Source: an uncultured Candidatus Saccharibacteria bacterium
GTDB taxonomy: Bacteria > Patescibacteriota > Minisyncoccia > Phycocordibacterales > UBA9973
Direction of reading: 5' to 3'
NCBI GenBank assembly: GCA_964500465.1
Contig: CAZCNB010000004.1
Coordinates: 1,160 to 65,159, forward strand
Length of the DNA: 64,000 nt
The translations under genes and the position numbers were made by a program. Below the pieces are notes generated by a model. That model did not search any database and was not told the origin of the DNA. It saw only the letters and a list, made by a program, of their open reading frames with translations. Positions 36,232-47,648 of this stretch are shown piece by piece; position 1 is the first letter of the stretch; each line of letters starts with the position of its first letter.

Positions 36232-39200
36232 ATGAAGAAAAAAGCTGTACGAGAGAAGAAGTATTTCGCGCGTTATAAAAAACCGCTGGTCGAGTTTCCT
36301 AATTTGATTGAGAATCAATTAGTATCATTCAACTGGTTGGTTGAGACTGGGCTCAAGGAGGTCTTTAAAGAGTTTTCTCCAATAAATGATTATTCAGAGA
36401 AAAAGTTCCAATTAGAATTTTCATCTTTCTCTTTAGGCGAACCAAAATTTGATGAAGAATATACAAAAATTAACAAGCTTACTTATGAAGGAGGATTAAA
36501 AGCTCGAGTTAAACTTTTAAACAAGAGTATTGGTACCTCAAAGGAACAAGAAATATTTATGGCTGATGTTCCTCTTATGACAAAACATGGTACTTTTATT
36601 ATAAACGGTGTTGAACGTGTGATCGTTCCTCAGCTTACTCGATCATTCGGAGTTTTCTTTACTGAACAAGAGTTAAAAGGCAAACATTATTTTGGAGCAA
36701 AAATAATACCTGCTCGTGGAGTTTGGATTGAAATAGAATCTGACCCAGATGGAGCAATATACGTACGTATAGATAAAAAGCGCAAATTCTCAGTTGCGTC
36801 TCTTCTTCGTGTACTCGGACTTGCAACAGACGAGGCTATGACCAAAGCCTTTGGTAAAGATGAAGAATTAATAAAAACTCTTAAAATCTGTCTAGAAAAA
36901 GACCCATCTAAAAATCTATCTGATTCTTATATAGAGATATATAAGCGTCTACGTGATGGTGACCTAGCAACCCCAGATAATGCTCGTGAATTTATAAACA
37001 TACTTCTTTCTGCTGAGAGATATGATCTTTCTCCAGTTGGACGATTTAGATTCAATAAGCGTTTCGATAAAAATATGGATGACAAAGAAATGGAACGCAG
37101 AACTATTTCTTCAGATGATGTTGTTACAATATTCAAGCATATAGTTGAACTAAATAACACACCTCATGCAAAAGCAGACGATATCGACCACTTAGGTCAG
37201 CGTCGTGTTCGTTATGTTGGTGAAATGCTGCAACAAAAATTCCGTATGGGTATGGCTCAAATAAAGAGAAATATCCAAGATAGGATGTCTACAATTGATG
37301 TTAGTACATCAATGCCGATTGCAATAATTAACCAACGCCCGCTTCAAGCTCGTATTAAAGAATTCTTCACTGCAAACCAGCTTTCACAGTTCATGAACCA
37401 AGAAAATGTTATGGCCGAAGTTGAACACTTACGCACACTATCTGCACTTGGTCCTGGAGGCCTTACTCGTGAGCGTGCTGGTCTTGAAGTTCGTGACGTA
37501 CATACATCTCACTATGGACGTGTTTGTCCTATTCACACTCCTGAAGGTCCAAACATCGGTCTTATATTGCACCTCTCAACTTACGCAAAAATAAATGAAT
37601 TCGGAATTATTGAAACTCCATACGTAAAAGTTAAGAATGGAAAAATAACTGGTGAAGTTGTTTATTTAAACGCTCTTGAAGAAGAAAAATACAATATTGC
37701 TCACGCAGGTATAGACTACGATGAAAAAGGAAACATACTGGAAAAGCGTGTAGAGGCTCGTGTTAAAACTAAACCTGGGATGATTGCACGTGAAGAAGTT
37801 GATTATATTGATGTGGCTACTAACCAAGCTTTCTCTGTAGCAACAAGCATGATTCCATTCCTAGAACACGATGATGCACACAGAACGCTCATGGGAAGTA
37901 ACATGCAGAAACAAGCCCTTCCTTGTGTTGTTCCTGAAGCTCCACTTGTAGCTACTGGTATGGAAGAGCTTGCAAGTCGTGACTCTGGACGTCTTATAAT
38001 ATCTGAAGTTTCTGGAACCGTATCTTATGTAGATGCGAAGAAAATAATAGTTAAAGATGAAAAAGGAAAAGAACATACATACCCACTTATAACTTTCTCA
38101 CGTACAAATAACTTCTCAGTATTTCACCAAAGACCAAGTGTATCTATAGGAGATCATGTAAAGAAGAACCAGGTTCTTGCTGATACTAGTACTACTGATA
38201 GAGGGCAAATTGCTCTTGGCCAAAATGCTCTAGTTGCTTTCATGTCATGGGGAGGTGCAAACTACGAAGACGCGATAATTTTATCTGAGCGCCTAGTTAA
38301 AGAAAGTAAATTTACCAGTATCTATGTTACTGAATTTATTTGTAATGTTCGCGATACTAAACTTGGTCCTGAAATAACAACTCGTGATATTCCAAATGTT
38401 GGAGAAAATAAATTAAAAGATTTGGACGAAGACGGAATAATTGTTGTTGGTGCTGAAGTTCGCGAAAACGATATTTTGGTTGGTAAGATTACACCGAAAG
38501 GCGAAACAGAACTTACTCCAGAGGAGCGTCTACTCCGATCAATTTTTACAGAAAAGGCTCGCGATGTTAAAGATACATCACTTCGACTTGAACATGGAAA
38601 ACGTGGACGTGTCGTTGGTGTAAAAATATTCTCACGTGATCAAGGTCACAATCTGGAATCGGGAATCATAAAGAGAATTGTTGTTGAAATTGCTCAAATA
38701 AGAAACATATCTGTCGGAGATAAATTGGCTGGACGACACGGAAACAAAGGAGTTATTTCAGTAATTCTTCCTGAAGAAGAAATGCCATTCATGGCTGATG
38801 GTACACCAATAGATATAATTCTTACACCACTCGGAGTTCCTTCTCGTATGAACCTCGGACAGATTTTGGAAATGCATTTAGGATATGCTGCAAATTCTCT
38901 AGGATATCAAGCTATAGTTCCATCATTTTCTTCAGCTACAGTTCCAGAAATTAAAGAAGAACTTACAAAAGCAGGTCTTCCTGAAACAGGTAAGGTCACA
39001 TTATATGACGGACGAACAGGAGATGCATTTGATCAAGACATTGCTATTGGTTACATGTATATGTTGAAACTTCACCACATGGTTGAAGATAAGCTCCACA
39101 TGCGCTCTATTGGACCATACTCACTTATTACTCAACAACCTCTCGGAGGAAAAGCTCAAGGCGGAGGACAAAGATTCGGAGAAATGGAGGTGTGGGCGCT

Positions 39201-39402
39201 TGAAGGTCACGGTGCTGCTCATGCACTTCGAGAAATGCTTACAATAAAGTCTGATGACATCATGGGTCGTTCACAGACATTCGACGCTATTATAAAAGGT
39301 CAGCCTATCGGTGATCCAAACGTACCAGCTTCATTTAATGTGTTGCTAAATTACTTAAGAGGACTATCGCTTGATGTTGATTTAAAAAAGTCACAAGAAT
39401 AA
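36232..39402 (+). CDS. rpoB: RNA polymerase beta subunit
   Basis: 'GTFIINGVERV', 'HYGRVCPI.TPEG', 'GDKLAGRHGNKG', 'GGQRFGEME'. Confidence 0.98.
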   Translation: MKKKAVREKKYFARYKKPLVEFPNLIENQLVSFNWLVETGLKEVFKEFSPINDYSEKKFQLEFSSFSLGEPKFDEEYTKINKLTYEGGLKARVKLLNKSIGTSKEQEIFMADVPLMTKHGTFIINGVERVIVPQLTRSFGVFFTEQELKGKHYFGAKIIPARGVWIEIESDPDGAIYVRIDKKRKFSVASLLRVLGLATDEAMTKAFGKDEELIKTLKICLEKDPSKNLSDSYIEIYKRLRDGDLATPDNAREFINILLSAERYDLSPVGRFRFNKRFDKNMDDKEMERRTISSDDVVTIFKHIVELNNTPHAKADDIDHLGQRRVRYVGEMLQQKFRMGMAQIKRNIQDRMSTIDVSTSMPIAIINQRPLQARIKEFFTANQLSQFMNQENVMAEVEHLRTLSALGPGGLTRERAGLEVRDVHTSHYGRVCPIHTPEGPNIGLILHLSTYAKINEFGIIETPYVKVKNGKITGEVVYLNALEEEKYNIAHAGIDYDEKGNILEKRVEARVKTKPGMIAREEVDYIDVATNQAFSVATSMIPFLEHDDAHRTLMGSNMQKQALPCVVPEAPLVATGMEELASRDSGRLIISEVSGTVSYVDAKKIIVKDEKGKEHTYPLITFSRTNNFSVFHQRPSVSIGDHVKKNQVLADTSTTDRGQIALGQNALVAFMSWGGANYEDAIILSERLVKESKFTSIYVTEFICNVRDTKLGPEITTRDIPNVGENKLKDLDEDGIIVVGAEVRENDILVGKITPKGETELTPEERLLRSIFTEKARDVKDTSLRLEHGKRGRVVGVKIFSRDQGHNLESGIIKRIVVEIAQIRNISVGDKLAGRHGNKGVISVILPEEEMPFMADGTPIDIILTPLGVPSRMNLGQILEMHLGYAANSLGYQAIVPSFSSATVPEIKEELTKAGLPETGKVTLYDGRTGDAFDQDIAIGYMYMLKLHHMVEDKLHMRSIGPYSLITQQPLGGKAQGGGQRFGEMEVWALEGHGAAHALREMLTIKSDDIMGRSQTFDAIIKGQPIGDPNVPASFNVLLNYLRGLSLDVDLKKSQE

Positions 39403-39428
39403 TAATTATCAAATAAATATCAAATATT

Positions 39429-42400
39429 ATGAAAACAATTGATACAACAGATTTTGATTCAATCACACTCAAGTTAGCCAGTCCCGAAAGAATACTTGAA
39501 TGGTCATATGGAGAAGTAACTAAACCAGAAACTATAAACTACCGTACAGGTAGGTCAGAGCGAAGCGGACTCTTTGATGAGCGTATTTTCGGACCAGAAA
39601 AAGATTACGAATGTTACTGTGGTAAGTACAGACGTATTCGTTATAAAGATATAGTTTGTGAAAAATGTGGAGTTGAAGTAACACGCTCTATAGTTCGTCG
39701 TGATCGTATGGGTCATATTGAACTAGCTAGTCCAGTTGCTCATATATGGTTCTTGCGAGGTGTACCATCTCGAATGTCTATACTTCTTAATATTCCAGTT
39801 AATGATTTAGAAAAAGTAATTTACTTTGCTGGATATATTATTACTAAAGTTCACGAAGAAGAAAAAGATTCAATTATCAAAAATCTTGAAAGTGAATTCA
39901 AAACCAAAGTAAAAAGTGCTGCTTCTGAAGAGGAAAAAGAAAAACTCAAAGAGCTTCTAACTAATACAAAACGAGAAATAAATGATATAGTTCCAGGCAA
40001 AGTTTTAAATGAGATTGCGTATCATCACTTTGGACTAAAGTACGGTTCATGTTTTGAAGCAAGTATTGGAGCTGAAGCCATATTTAGTATCTTCAAAAAT
40101 CTTGATCTAGAAAAGATAAAATCTGAGACTCAAGCTCTTATTCCAAAAGCTTCAACTATAGATAAAGAAAAATTAGAAAAGCGCATGTCTTTGATTCGTT
40201 CAATGATGCACTCTGGTATACGCCCAGAATGGATGTTCTTAACAATGATTCCAGTTATTCCTCCTGCACTACGCCCGATGGTTGCACTTGATGGTGGAAG
40301 ACACGCTACATCTGATTTAAATGACTTGTATCGTCGTGTTATAAATAGAAACAATCGTCTAAAAAAACTAAAAGAAATTGGTGCACCAGATGTTATTCTT
40401 CGTAACGAAAAACGTATCTTACAAGAAGCAGTTGATGCCCTTATCGATAATTCAATTGCAAAACAAAATGATTCTCAGGCTGTTTCTGCTTCACAAAAAA
40501 GAGCACTTAAATCTCTTTCTGATAACTTAAAGTCGAAACAAGGACTATTTCGTCAAAATCTTTTAGGTAAACGAGTTGATTATTCTGGACGTTCAGTTAT
40601 TGTCGTTGGTCCAAATCTTAAACTAAATCAATGTGGTCTTCCTAAACACATGGCTCTTGAATTATTCCGACCTTTCGTGATTTCAAAAATTCTTGAAACT
40701 GAACTCGCTTTCAATATTCGTGGCGCTAATCGTCTAATTGAAGAGGGTATTCCCGAAGTTTGGGCAATCCTTGAAGAAGTTATTAAAGGTAAGTATGTTC
40801 TTTTAAACCGTGCTCCAACACTTCACCGTTTAGGTATTCAAGCTTTTAATCCAATACTTATCGAAGGTAATGCTATTCAAGTTCACCCACTTGTCTGTAC
40901 TGGATTTAACGCTGACTTCGATGGAGACCAAATGGCTGTGTATGTACCTCTATCTGATATGGCTCAAAGTGAAGCTCGTGAATACATGGCTGCAAACAAA
41001 AATCTTCTTAAGCCACAAGATGGTGCTCCAATCGTAATGCCAAAAATGGACATGGTTCTTGGATGTTATTGGATGACAAAATCAGTTGATGGTGAAAAAG
41101 GGGAAGGCATGGCATTCTCAAGTCCAAATCAAGCAATCACTGCTTTTGACCTCGGTGCAATTACATTTCGTGCAAAAATTAAAGTTCTAGGTAGCGATAA
41201 AGCTCGCTATCAAAAATTCGAAGGTAAACCTTTTGAAACAACAGTTGGCAGGTTATTCTTTAATAGTATCTTCCCAGATGATTTCCCATTCATGAATGAA
41301 GAAATAACTATTAAAAGAATGTCACTACTTGTTGACGAACTTATAATGCACTATGGTATAGATGCAACTCCAAAAGTATTGGATAAAATAAAGGGCTTTG
41401 GTTATCAATACGCTACTTATTCAGGAGTAACTTGGGGGATAGACAATGTCAGTGTTCCTGCTGGAAAAGCAACAATTGTTGCAGGTGCACGAAAAGAAGA
41501 AGAAAAAGTTCGGGAACAATTCAATGATGGTCTTCTCTCAGATGATGAACAGTATCAGAAAGTCATAGAAATTTGGGAACATGCTAAAAAAGAAATTGAA
41601 AAGATAATACCAGATACATTAGATAAAAAAGGATCAACATACGACCTTATAACTTCTGGTGCTCGTGGAAACATGGGTTCTCTTGTACAGATGTGCGGTA
41701 TGAAAGGTTTGATTGTTAATACATCTGGAGAAACTTTGGATTTCCCAATCATTCCTTCTTATATTGAAGGCCTTTCTCCACTTGAATACTTTATTACTAC
41801 TCACGGTTCACGTAAAGGTGCTGCCGACACTGCTCTTAACACTGCAAAGGCTGGTTATCTAACACGTCGTCTAGTTGATGTTGCTCAAGATGTTGTTGTT
41901 ACAGAAGAGGATTGTGGAACCAAACAAGGTAAGTACATATACGCAGTTGATGGTGCCTTTGCAAAATACATAAACGGACGAGTTTTACTTTCTGATATAA
42001 AAGATAAAGAAGGAAAAGTATTATTCAAAAAAGGTTCTCTTATAATGAAAGAAGATGCAAGAATGCTCGAAAAAGTTGGTATAACTGAGGCGTATGCTCG
42101 TACTCCACTTTCATGTGAGACAACTCATGGAATCTGCCGCATGTGTTATGGTCTTGATTTAGGACGTAATTGTATGATTGAAGTAGGTCAAGCTGTAGGT
42201 ATTATTGCAGCTCAAGCAATCGGTGAACCAGGTACTCAGCTTACACTTAGAACATTCCATGCCGGAGGTGTGGCAACTGTTGATATTACTACTGGTCTTC
42301 CTCGTGTTGAAGAAATTTTTGAGAGACGTATTCCAAAGAATCCAGCTGTAGTATCTCATACAGATGGAGAGGTTATTGAAATCAAAGACAATGGTAAAGA

Positions 42401-43034
42401 AAAAATAATCAAAGTTCTTTCTGATACCAAAGGTGACGCAAAATCAAATGAAGTTGAATATGTTGTTGCATTTAGACGCCAACCATTAGTAAAAGTTGGT
42501 AGCCAAGTTAAGAAAGGTGATCTACTTACTGATGGGTCTGCAGATATTAATGAAATAGTAAAGTACGGAGGTAAAGAAGTTGCTGAAGAATATATAGTAG
42601 ATGAAATTAATAAAGTTTACGACTTGCAAAGTGCTTCAATTTCAAGAAAACATATTGAAATAATAATTCGCCAAATGTTCTCAAGAAAGAAAATCAAAGA
42701 TGCTGGTGATACAACATTTTCTCCTGGTGAAATAGTTGAAGCTATTGAACTTATAGAAGAAAATAACCGTGTTGAAAAAGAAGGAGGTAAAAAAGCTGAA
42801 TCAACCACAATAGTTCTTGGTATTACTGAAGTATCTCTTACAACAAAGAGTTGGCTGTCTGCTGCTTCGTTCCAAAATACTAATCGCGTGCTTATAAACA
42901 ATGCTGTTCGTGGAGGAGTTGATAATCTACGTGGCTTAAAGGAAAACGTTATTATTGGTAATCTAATACCTGCTGGTACTGGATTTGGTGCTAAAAGTAC
43001 AAGATCAAAAGGGGATACAGCTGAATCATTATAA
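39429..43034 (+). CDS. rpoC: RNA polymerase beta' subunit
   Basis: 'NADFDGDQM', 'KPETINYRT', 'GEPGTQLT', 'GLKENVIIG'. Confidence 0.98.
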   Translation: MKTIDTTDFDSITLKLASPERILEWSYGEVTKPETINYRTGRSERSGLFDERIFGPEKDYECYCGKYRRIRYKDIVCEKCGVEVTRSIVRRDRMGHIELASPVAHIWFLRGVPSRMSILLNIPVNDLEKVIYFAGYIITKVHEEEKDSIIKNLESEFKTKVKSAASEEEKEKLKELLTNTKREINDIVPGKVLNEIAYHHFGLKYGSCFEASIGAEAIFSIFKNLDLEKIKSETQALIPKASTIDKEKLEKRMSLIRSMMHSGIRPEWMFLTMIPVIPPALRPMVALDGGRHATSDLNDLYRRVINRNNRLKKLKEIGAPDVILRNEKRILQEAVDALIDNSIAKQNDSQAVSASQKRALKSLSDNLKSKQGLFRQNLLGKRVDYSGRSVIVVGPNLKLNQCGLPKHMALELFRPFVISKILETELAFNIRGANRLIEEGIPEVWAILEEVIKGKYVLLNRAPTLHRLGIQAFNPILIEGNAIQVHPLVCTGFNADFDGDQMAVYVPLSDMAQSEAREYMAANKNLLKPQDGAPIVMPKMDMVLGCYWMTKSVDGEKGEGMAFSSPNQAITAFDLGAITFRAKIKVLGSDKARYQKFEGKPFETTVGRLFFNSIFPDDFPFMNEEITIKRMSLLVDELIMHYGIDATPKVLDKIKGFGYQYATYSGVTWGIDNVSVPAGKATIVAGARKEEEKVREQFNDGLLSDDEQYQKVIEIWEHAKKEIEKIIPDTLDKKGSTYDLITSGARGNMGSLVQMCGMKGLIVNTSGETLDFPIIPSYIEGLSPLEYFITTHGSRKGAADTALNTAKAGYLTRRLVDVAQDVVVTEEDCGTKQGKYIYAVDGAFAKYINGRVLLSDIKDKEGKVLFKKGSLIMKEDARMLEKVGITEAYARTPLSCETTHGICRMCYGLDLGRNCMIEVGQAVGIIAAQAIGEPGTQLTLRTFHAGGVATVDITTGLPRVEEIFERRIPKNPAVVSHTDGEVIEIKDNGKEKIIKVLSDTKGDAKSNEVEYVVAFRRQPLVKVGSQVKKGDLLTDGSADINEIVKYGGKEVAEEYIVDEINKVYDLQSASISRKHIEIIIRQMFSRKKIKDAGDTTFSPGEIVEAIELIEENNRVEKEGGKKAESTTIVLGITEVSLTTKSWLSAASFQNTNRVLINNAVRGGVDNLRGLKENVIIGNLIPAGTGFGAKSTRSKGDTAESL

Positions 43035-43056
43035 ATTAATGGGAGGGGGAATAAAT

Positions 43057-44790
43057 ATGAACTCACCTGTTGAAAAAATTAAAGAAAGGTTATCAATTGT
43101 TGATGTGATATCTTCATATCTAACAGTAATTCCTTCTGGTAAAAATTATAAAGCTCGTTGCCCTTTTCACAACGAAAAAACCCCATCATTTTTTATTTCT
43201 CCCGACCGGGGCAATTATTATTGTTTCGGTTGTGGAGCCAAAGGGGATATATTTTCATTTGTTGAACACTTTGAAGGAACAGATTTCTTAGGTTCTTTGA
43301 AGTTATTGGCTGAACGTGCCGGAGTTGCATTGGATAAAAATAGTTACAAAAAGACTGATGATAAAAGAGAAATTTACTATGAAATAATGGAGGAAGCTAC
43401 AAGTTTTTTTGAATCTAATTTTGCAAAAACCCCAGAAGCTAGAAGCTACTTACTTGAAAGAGGCTTAAACGATTCATCTATAGAGTTATTTAGGGTTGGA
43501 TATGCTCCATCATCATGGCGATCAGTTTCGGATCATCTAATATCAAAAGGATACAATAAAGAAGACATTGAAACAGTAGGTTTAACTAAAAAAAGTGAAA
43601 GTGGTTTCTATGATAGGTTCAGAAGTCGCATAATTTTTCCAATAAATGATTCTAGTGGTAGGGTAATAGCTTTTTCAGGACGTATATTTAATTTGACCCC
43701 TGACTCTAATAAAAAATCCGAGATCGAGGAAGCTAAATATTTAAACAGCCCAGACACTCCATTATTTAACAAATCAAATGTTTTATTTGGTATTGATAAA
43801 GCAAAAATAGATATAAGAAAAAGAGGGTACACTATTATTGTTGAAGGACAAATGGATCTAATTCTTTCTCACCAAGCTCTTTTTACAAATACTGTTGCTG
43901 TTTCTGGTACAGCTCTATCTGATGATTTTAAGGATAATCAGTCTAAAATAAACAATCTAGGATTAATAAGAAGACTTTCTCCGAATGTTATATTTGCATT
44001 TGATGGTGATGAAGCCGGTATAAGGGCAGCTAGTCGTAGTGCTGCCATAGCACTCTCTCTTGATATGCAGGTTAAAGTTGCGGTGTTACCTGAGAAAAAA
44101 GACCCCGCGGATATAATTTCTGAAAACTCAGAAAAATGGAAAGAGATTATTAAAAATTCAGTAAATATTGTTAGTTTCCATGTAGATAGAATTTGTAAAA
44201 ATACCAATGATATTCGTATTAGAGGTAAAAAAGTTCGGGAAGTAATCTTTCCTTTTATTGCAATGGTTCGTAGCTCTATAGAACGCTCAGCTTATATATC
44301 GGAGATTCATAATAAAACCAATATTCCAGAAAAATCAATAATAGAAGATTTTGAAGCTTACGAAAAAGCTAATCCTGGTGCTAAAAATGAAAAAATAGAA
44401 TCTAATCAAAACACTAATAGGATTTCCAGAAGAGATAGCCTTGAGAGGAAATTTTTCGGAATACTTTTCTGGTTAGAGCTAAAAGATAATAAAGACTTTT
44501 TAGAACATATTGAGGATTTTAAAAAGAAGATAGAAGAAGATGTATTTCAAAATATAAAGGCTGTTCACGAACCTTTTAGGGAAAATCTAGCTTTTGAAGC
44601 TGAAATGTGGTATGGTACAGAGACTAACACGCTTGCGCGTGATATAAAAGAAATAACTCTTAATCTTGAAGAAGAAATTTTAAATGAAGAAAAGGTTAAA
44701 TTACAACCTCTAAATTCTGAAGAAAAACTTAAAAAATTTAATAATATATCAAAACGTATAGAAGAAATTAAACAAAGTCGTTCATCATAA
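43057..44790 (+). CDS. dnaG: DNA primase
   Basis: CHC2 zinc finger 'CPFHNEKTPSF...CFGC', 'KYLNSP', 'VEGQMD', 'FDGDEAG'; ATG at 43057 with GGGAGG upstream. Confidence 0.96.
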   Translation: MNSPVEKIKERLSIVDVISSYLTVIPSGKNYKARCPFHNEKTPSFFISPDRGNYYCFGCGAKGDIFSFVEHFEGTDFLGSLKLLAERAGVALDKNSYKKTDDKREIYYEIMEEATSFFESNFAKTPEARSYLLERGLNDSSIELFRVGYAPSSWRSVSDHLISKGYNKEDIETVGLTKKSESGFYDRFRSRIIFPINDSSGRVIAFSGRIFNLTPDSNKKSEIEEAKYLNSPDTPLFNKSNVLFGIDKAKIDIRKRGYTIIVEGQMDLILSHQALFTNTVAVSGTALSDDFKDNQSKINNLGLIRRLSPNVIFAFDGDEAGIRAASRSAAIALSLDMQVKVAVLPEKKDPADIISENSEKWKEIIKNSVNIVSFHVDRICKNTNDIRIRGKKVREVIFPFIAMVRSSIERSAYISEIHNKTNIPEKSIIEDFEAYEKANPGAKNEKIESNQNTNRISRRDSLERKFFGILFWLELKDNKDFLEHIEDFKKKIEEDVFQNIKAVHEPFRENLAFEAEMWYGTETNTLARDIKEITLNLEEEILNEEKVKLQPLNSEEKLKKFNNISKRIEEIKQSRSS

Positions 44791-44802
44791 TAAAAACAAT
44801 TT

Positions 44803-46116
44803 ATGCCAAAAAAGAAAAAAACAAAAACAGTTTCTAAGAATAAGAAAGTTTCTAAGAAAATTATAAAAAAAAGTACTAAAAAGCTTAAGAAAAAAGTAAC
44901 AAAAAAAATAATTAAACAATCTTCAAAATCTAAACAAAAAACCAAGAAGAAAGTTTTAAAGCCTAATAGTACTAAAAAACAAAAACCTAAAGTAAAAGTT
45001 TCAAAACCTGGGAAGTCAAATAAAGCGACTATAAGTGAAAAAAAAGCTCTAGACTTAGAGCAAAAATCTCAATTAATGATTGAGAAAGGTAAAAAACGTG
45101 GTTTCGTGACTTATGATGAAATAATTAAAGTTTTTCCAGATATTGAGAACAATATTTTATTTTTAGACGAGCTTTATGAAAAACTATCAGTAGCTGGTAT
45201 TGATGTTCTTGAAGGTGGTAATTTGCTTGATGTAGATGGAGATACTGAAAAACAAGCTTTGAAATATAGTAAAGATGCTCAAGCATATGATTCTATACAA
45301 ATATATTTAAAAGAAATAGGACAGTATCCACTTATAAGTGCTTTTGATGAAAAAGACTTAGCAAGAAGAATAGAAAAGGGTGATATGGAAGCTAAGAATT
45401 TGCTTGCTCGTGCAAACTTACGCCTTGTTGTTTCTATTGCTAAAAAGTATGTTGGTCGCAGTTCTGATCTCACTCTTCTCGATCTTATTCAAGAGGGTAA
45501 TTTGGGCTTGTTTAAAGCAGTTGAGAAATTCGATTGGACCAAAGGATACAAGTTCTCAACCTACGCAACTTGGTGGATTCGCCAGTCTATAACTCGAGCT
45601 CTCGCAGATCAATCTCGAACTATACGTATTCCTGTTCACATGGTTGAAACAATTTCAAAATACAAACAAGTTGTTAGAAGGCTTTCACAGGACTTAGGGC
45701 GTGAACCTTTGGTTGAAGAAATAGCAACAGAAATGGGACTAGAAGTTGAAAAGATTCACGTAATTGAACAGATAAATCAAGAAACTGTATCATTGGAACA
45801 ACCAATTGGAGATGATGACGAAAAATCTACACGTGGTGAGTTTATTCCAGATGATAAAATTCTTCGCCCAGATCAAGATGCCTCTCGTCGCATTTTATCT
45901 GATCAAATTAAAGAAGTCCTAGATACACTTACTCCAAAGGAAAGAAAAATATTAGAACTTCGTTACGGTCTTATGGATGGAATTCAACACACTCTTGAAG
46001 AAGTAGGGGCTGAATTTAATGTTACTCGTGAACGTATTCGCCAGATTGAGGCTAAAGTTCATGAAAAACTTCGTAATAACGAAAAAATTGCAAGATTGAA
46101 AAATTATTTCGATTAA
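44803..46116 (+). CDS. rpoD: Primary sigma factor with Lys-rich N-terminal extension
   Basis: '[12 protein letters not shown]', 'DLIQEGN', '[12 protein letters not shown]', 'TRERIRQIE'; follows dnaG. Confidence 0.96.
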   Translation: MPKKKKTKTVSKNKKVSKKIIKKSTKKLKKKVTKKIIKQSSKSKQKTKKKVLKPNSTKKQKPKVKVSKPGKSNKATISEKKALDLEQKSQLMIEKGKKRGFVTYDEIIKVFPDIENNILFLDELYEKLSVAGIDVLEGGNLLDVDGDTEKQALKYSKDAQAYDSIQIYLKEIGQYPLISAFDEKDLARRIEKGDMEAKNLLARANLRLVVSIAKKYVGRSSDLTLLDLIQEGNLGLFKAVEKFDWTKGYKFSTYATWWIRQSITRALADQSRTIRIPVHMVETISKYKQVVRRLSQDLGREPLVEEIATEMGLEVEKIHVIEQINQETVSLEQPIGDDDEKSTRGEFIPDDKILRPDQDASRRILSDQIKEVLDTLTPKERKILELRYGLMDGIQHTLEEVGAEFNVTRERIRQIEAKVHEKLRNNEKIARLKNYFD

Positions 46117-46149
46117 CTAAAAACCCCTCATTCGAGGGGTTTTTAGTTA
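46115..46149. terminator. Bidirectional intrinsic terminator between rpoD and the cyclase gene
   Basis: AACTAAAAACCCCTC-attc-GAGGGGTTTTTAGTT. Confidence 0.88.
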
Positions 46150-46821
46150 ATCTATAAGAGCAATAAGTCGAATTGGTGCTTCGGTTGCGCCATCTATTTT
46201 TATTGGAAGTACTGCAATTTTTCCACCCGTTTTAGGTATTTCTCTCAAATTAGTTATATTCTCTACAAGGTATTTATTTGTTCCTAAGATTGCTCTGTGA
46301 ACGGGGAAGCCATTCTTTCCTGTGTCAGCTGAAAGTGTGTCTATGCCTAGTCCTACTATATTTCTTTTTAAAAGAAGTTCTGCAGTAGAAATGTGTATAC
46401 TAGGAAACTTGTAATCATTCCTATATTTTTCTGGCGTTTTCCAAAATTTATCCCAACCCGTATAAAATATAACAAAATCTTTTTCTTTAATCTTCCCATA
46501 TTCTTTTTCAAATTTTTCTATAACTTCAGGCATCACAATATAATTTTCGTTAGCTTCGTTGCTTACATCTATTACAATACAATCTATTATTAGTTCATCC
46601 ATAGTTAGAGACTCTATGGTACGCTTTCCTTCAAAACAATGTGCGGGTGCATCCATATGAGTTCCTATCCCAACGTTCATATTTACTTTTTGTGTACGGA
46701 AAAGATCTGGCTCTTTGCAATCCTTATAATCAGTGTCTATTTCAATATTAAAACCACAACTACCATCCCAAGTAGGGATGGTAGTTGTAAGTGTGTGAGT
46801 TAAATCAATTATTCTTTTCAT
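46147..46821 (-). CDS. Cyclase family metal-dependent hydrolase (kynurenine formamidase-like)
   Basis: 'IIDLTH', 'GTHMDAPAH', 'GIDTLS', 'VENI', 'APIRLIA'. Confidence 0.88.
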   Translation of the reverse strand: MKRIIDLTHTLTTTIPTWDGSCGFNIEIDTDYKDCKEPDLFRTQKVNMNVGIGTHMDAPAHCFEGKRTIESLTMDELIIDCIVIDVSNEANENYIVMPEVIEKFEKEYGKIKEKDFVIFYTGWDKFWKTPEKYRNDYKFPSIHISTAELLLKRNIVGLGIDTLSADTGKNGFPVHRAILGTNKYLVENITNLREIPKTGGKIAVLPIKIDGATEAPIRLIALID

Positions 46822-46824
46822 TTG

Positions 46825-47559
46825 TTAAAGTTGGTCAGATACAGAATCATTTGATGTTTTTAGAAGACCAAATAAAAGATCGCTATACTTCCAAAATGCA
46901 TCATCTCCCTTTATTTCAGCTACACAATTCGCAGCAATAAGCTTTTCAAAAGAGTGTTGGTGAAGAGGGTAGTGTCTGTATACCCAAGATACATTACCAT
47001 TACTTTCTTTTACTATTTTTTCTAATACTGGATGAAATTGCTTACAAAATGGACATTCAAAGTCTGAATATTCTATTATCTTTACTTTTGCATCAACAGC
47101 TCCTTTTATGTGATCAGTAGGTTCTGATATTTCTACATTTCCAATGTAAGGTCTTTCAACTTTTCCATTCATTGCATCATCAACAATTTTCTTTACCACA
47201 TCATATGATTCTGCTCCTCTTATATCTGTTTTTACACCATTTGCTCCAATAACAACACTAAACGGTGTGCCGCGATCTTGGTTACTATAATTACTCATTG
47301 CCTTATTTACGCTTGTAGTTATATCGTTTCTTACTTTATTTATATCTACACCTTCAATACAAGCTTCCAATTTTGACTTTTGTACACCAACTTGCTCAGA
47401 TAATGTCTTTGATTTGGTTACACCACCTGATTTTGTAACCAAAATACCTATCATTATTAGTAATCCGGCAACTATGATAGCTGTGGGAGTATTTATTTGT
47501 TGTTTAGGGTTAGATAAATCTTTATTTTCATCTAAATTTTCTTGTTTATTTGTTTCCAT
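46825..47559 (-). CDS. DsbA-family thiol-disulfide oxidoreductase, apparently circularly permuted
   Basis: 'DHIKG..DAKVKIIEYSDFECPFC...WVYRHYPL' lies after 'RGTPFSVV...IRGAESY'; N-terminal TM segment. Confidence 0.85.
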   Translation of the reverse strand: METNKQENLDENKDLSNPKQQINTPTAIIVAGLLIMIGILVTKSGGVTKSKTLSEQVGVQKSKLEACIEGVDINKVRNDITTSVNKAMSNYSNQDRGTPFSVVIGANGVKTDIRGAESYDVVKKIVDDAMNGKVERPYIGNVEISEPTDHIKGAVDAKVKIIEYSDFECPFCKQFHPVLEKIVKESNGNVSWVYRHYPLHQHSFEKLIAANCVAEIKGDDAFWKYSDLLFGLLKTSNDSVSDQL

Positions 47560-47648
47560 AATATGGGAATTATATCACAAGCCAGAGCCACTTGCATATC
47601 TTCATAGGCTTTATTTTAATGTATTTATATGGTAGAATTAGGTTTAGA

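Noticed and set aside
42985-43056. Longer start calls for dnaG (similarly uvrA 59469, GT2 47592, 17468, 48851, 50203)
   Set aside because: These extensions overlap neighbouring genes or promoters; downstream ATGs fit homology and gene spacing better.
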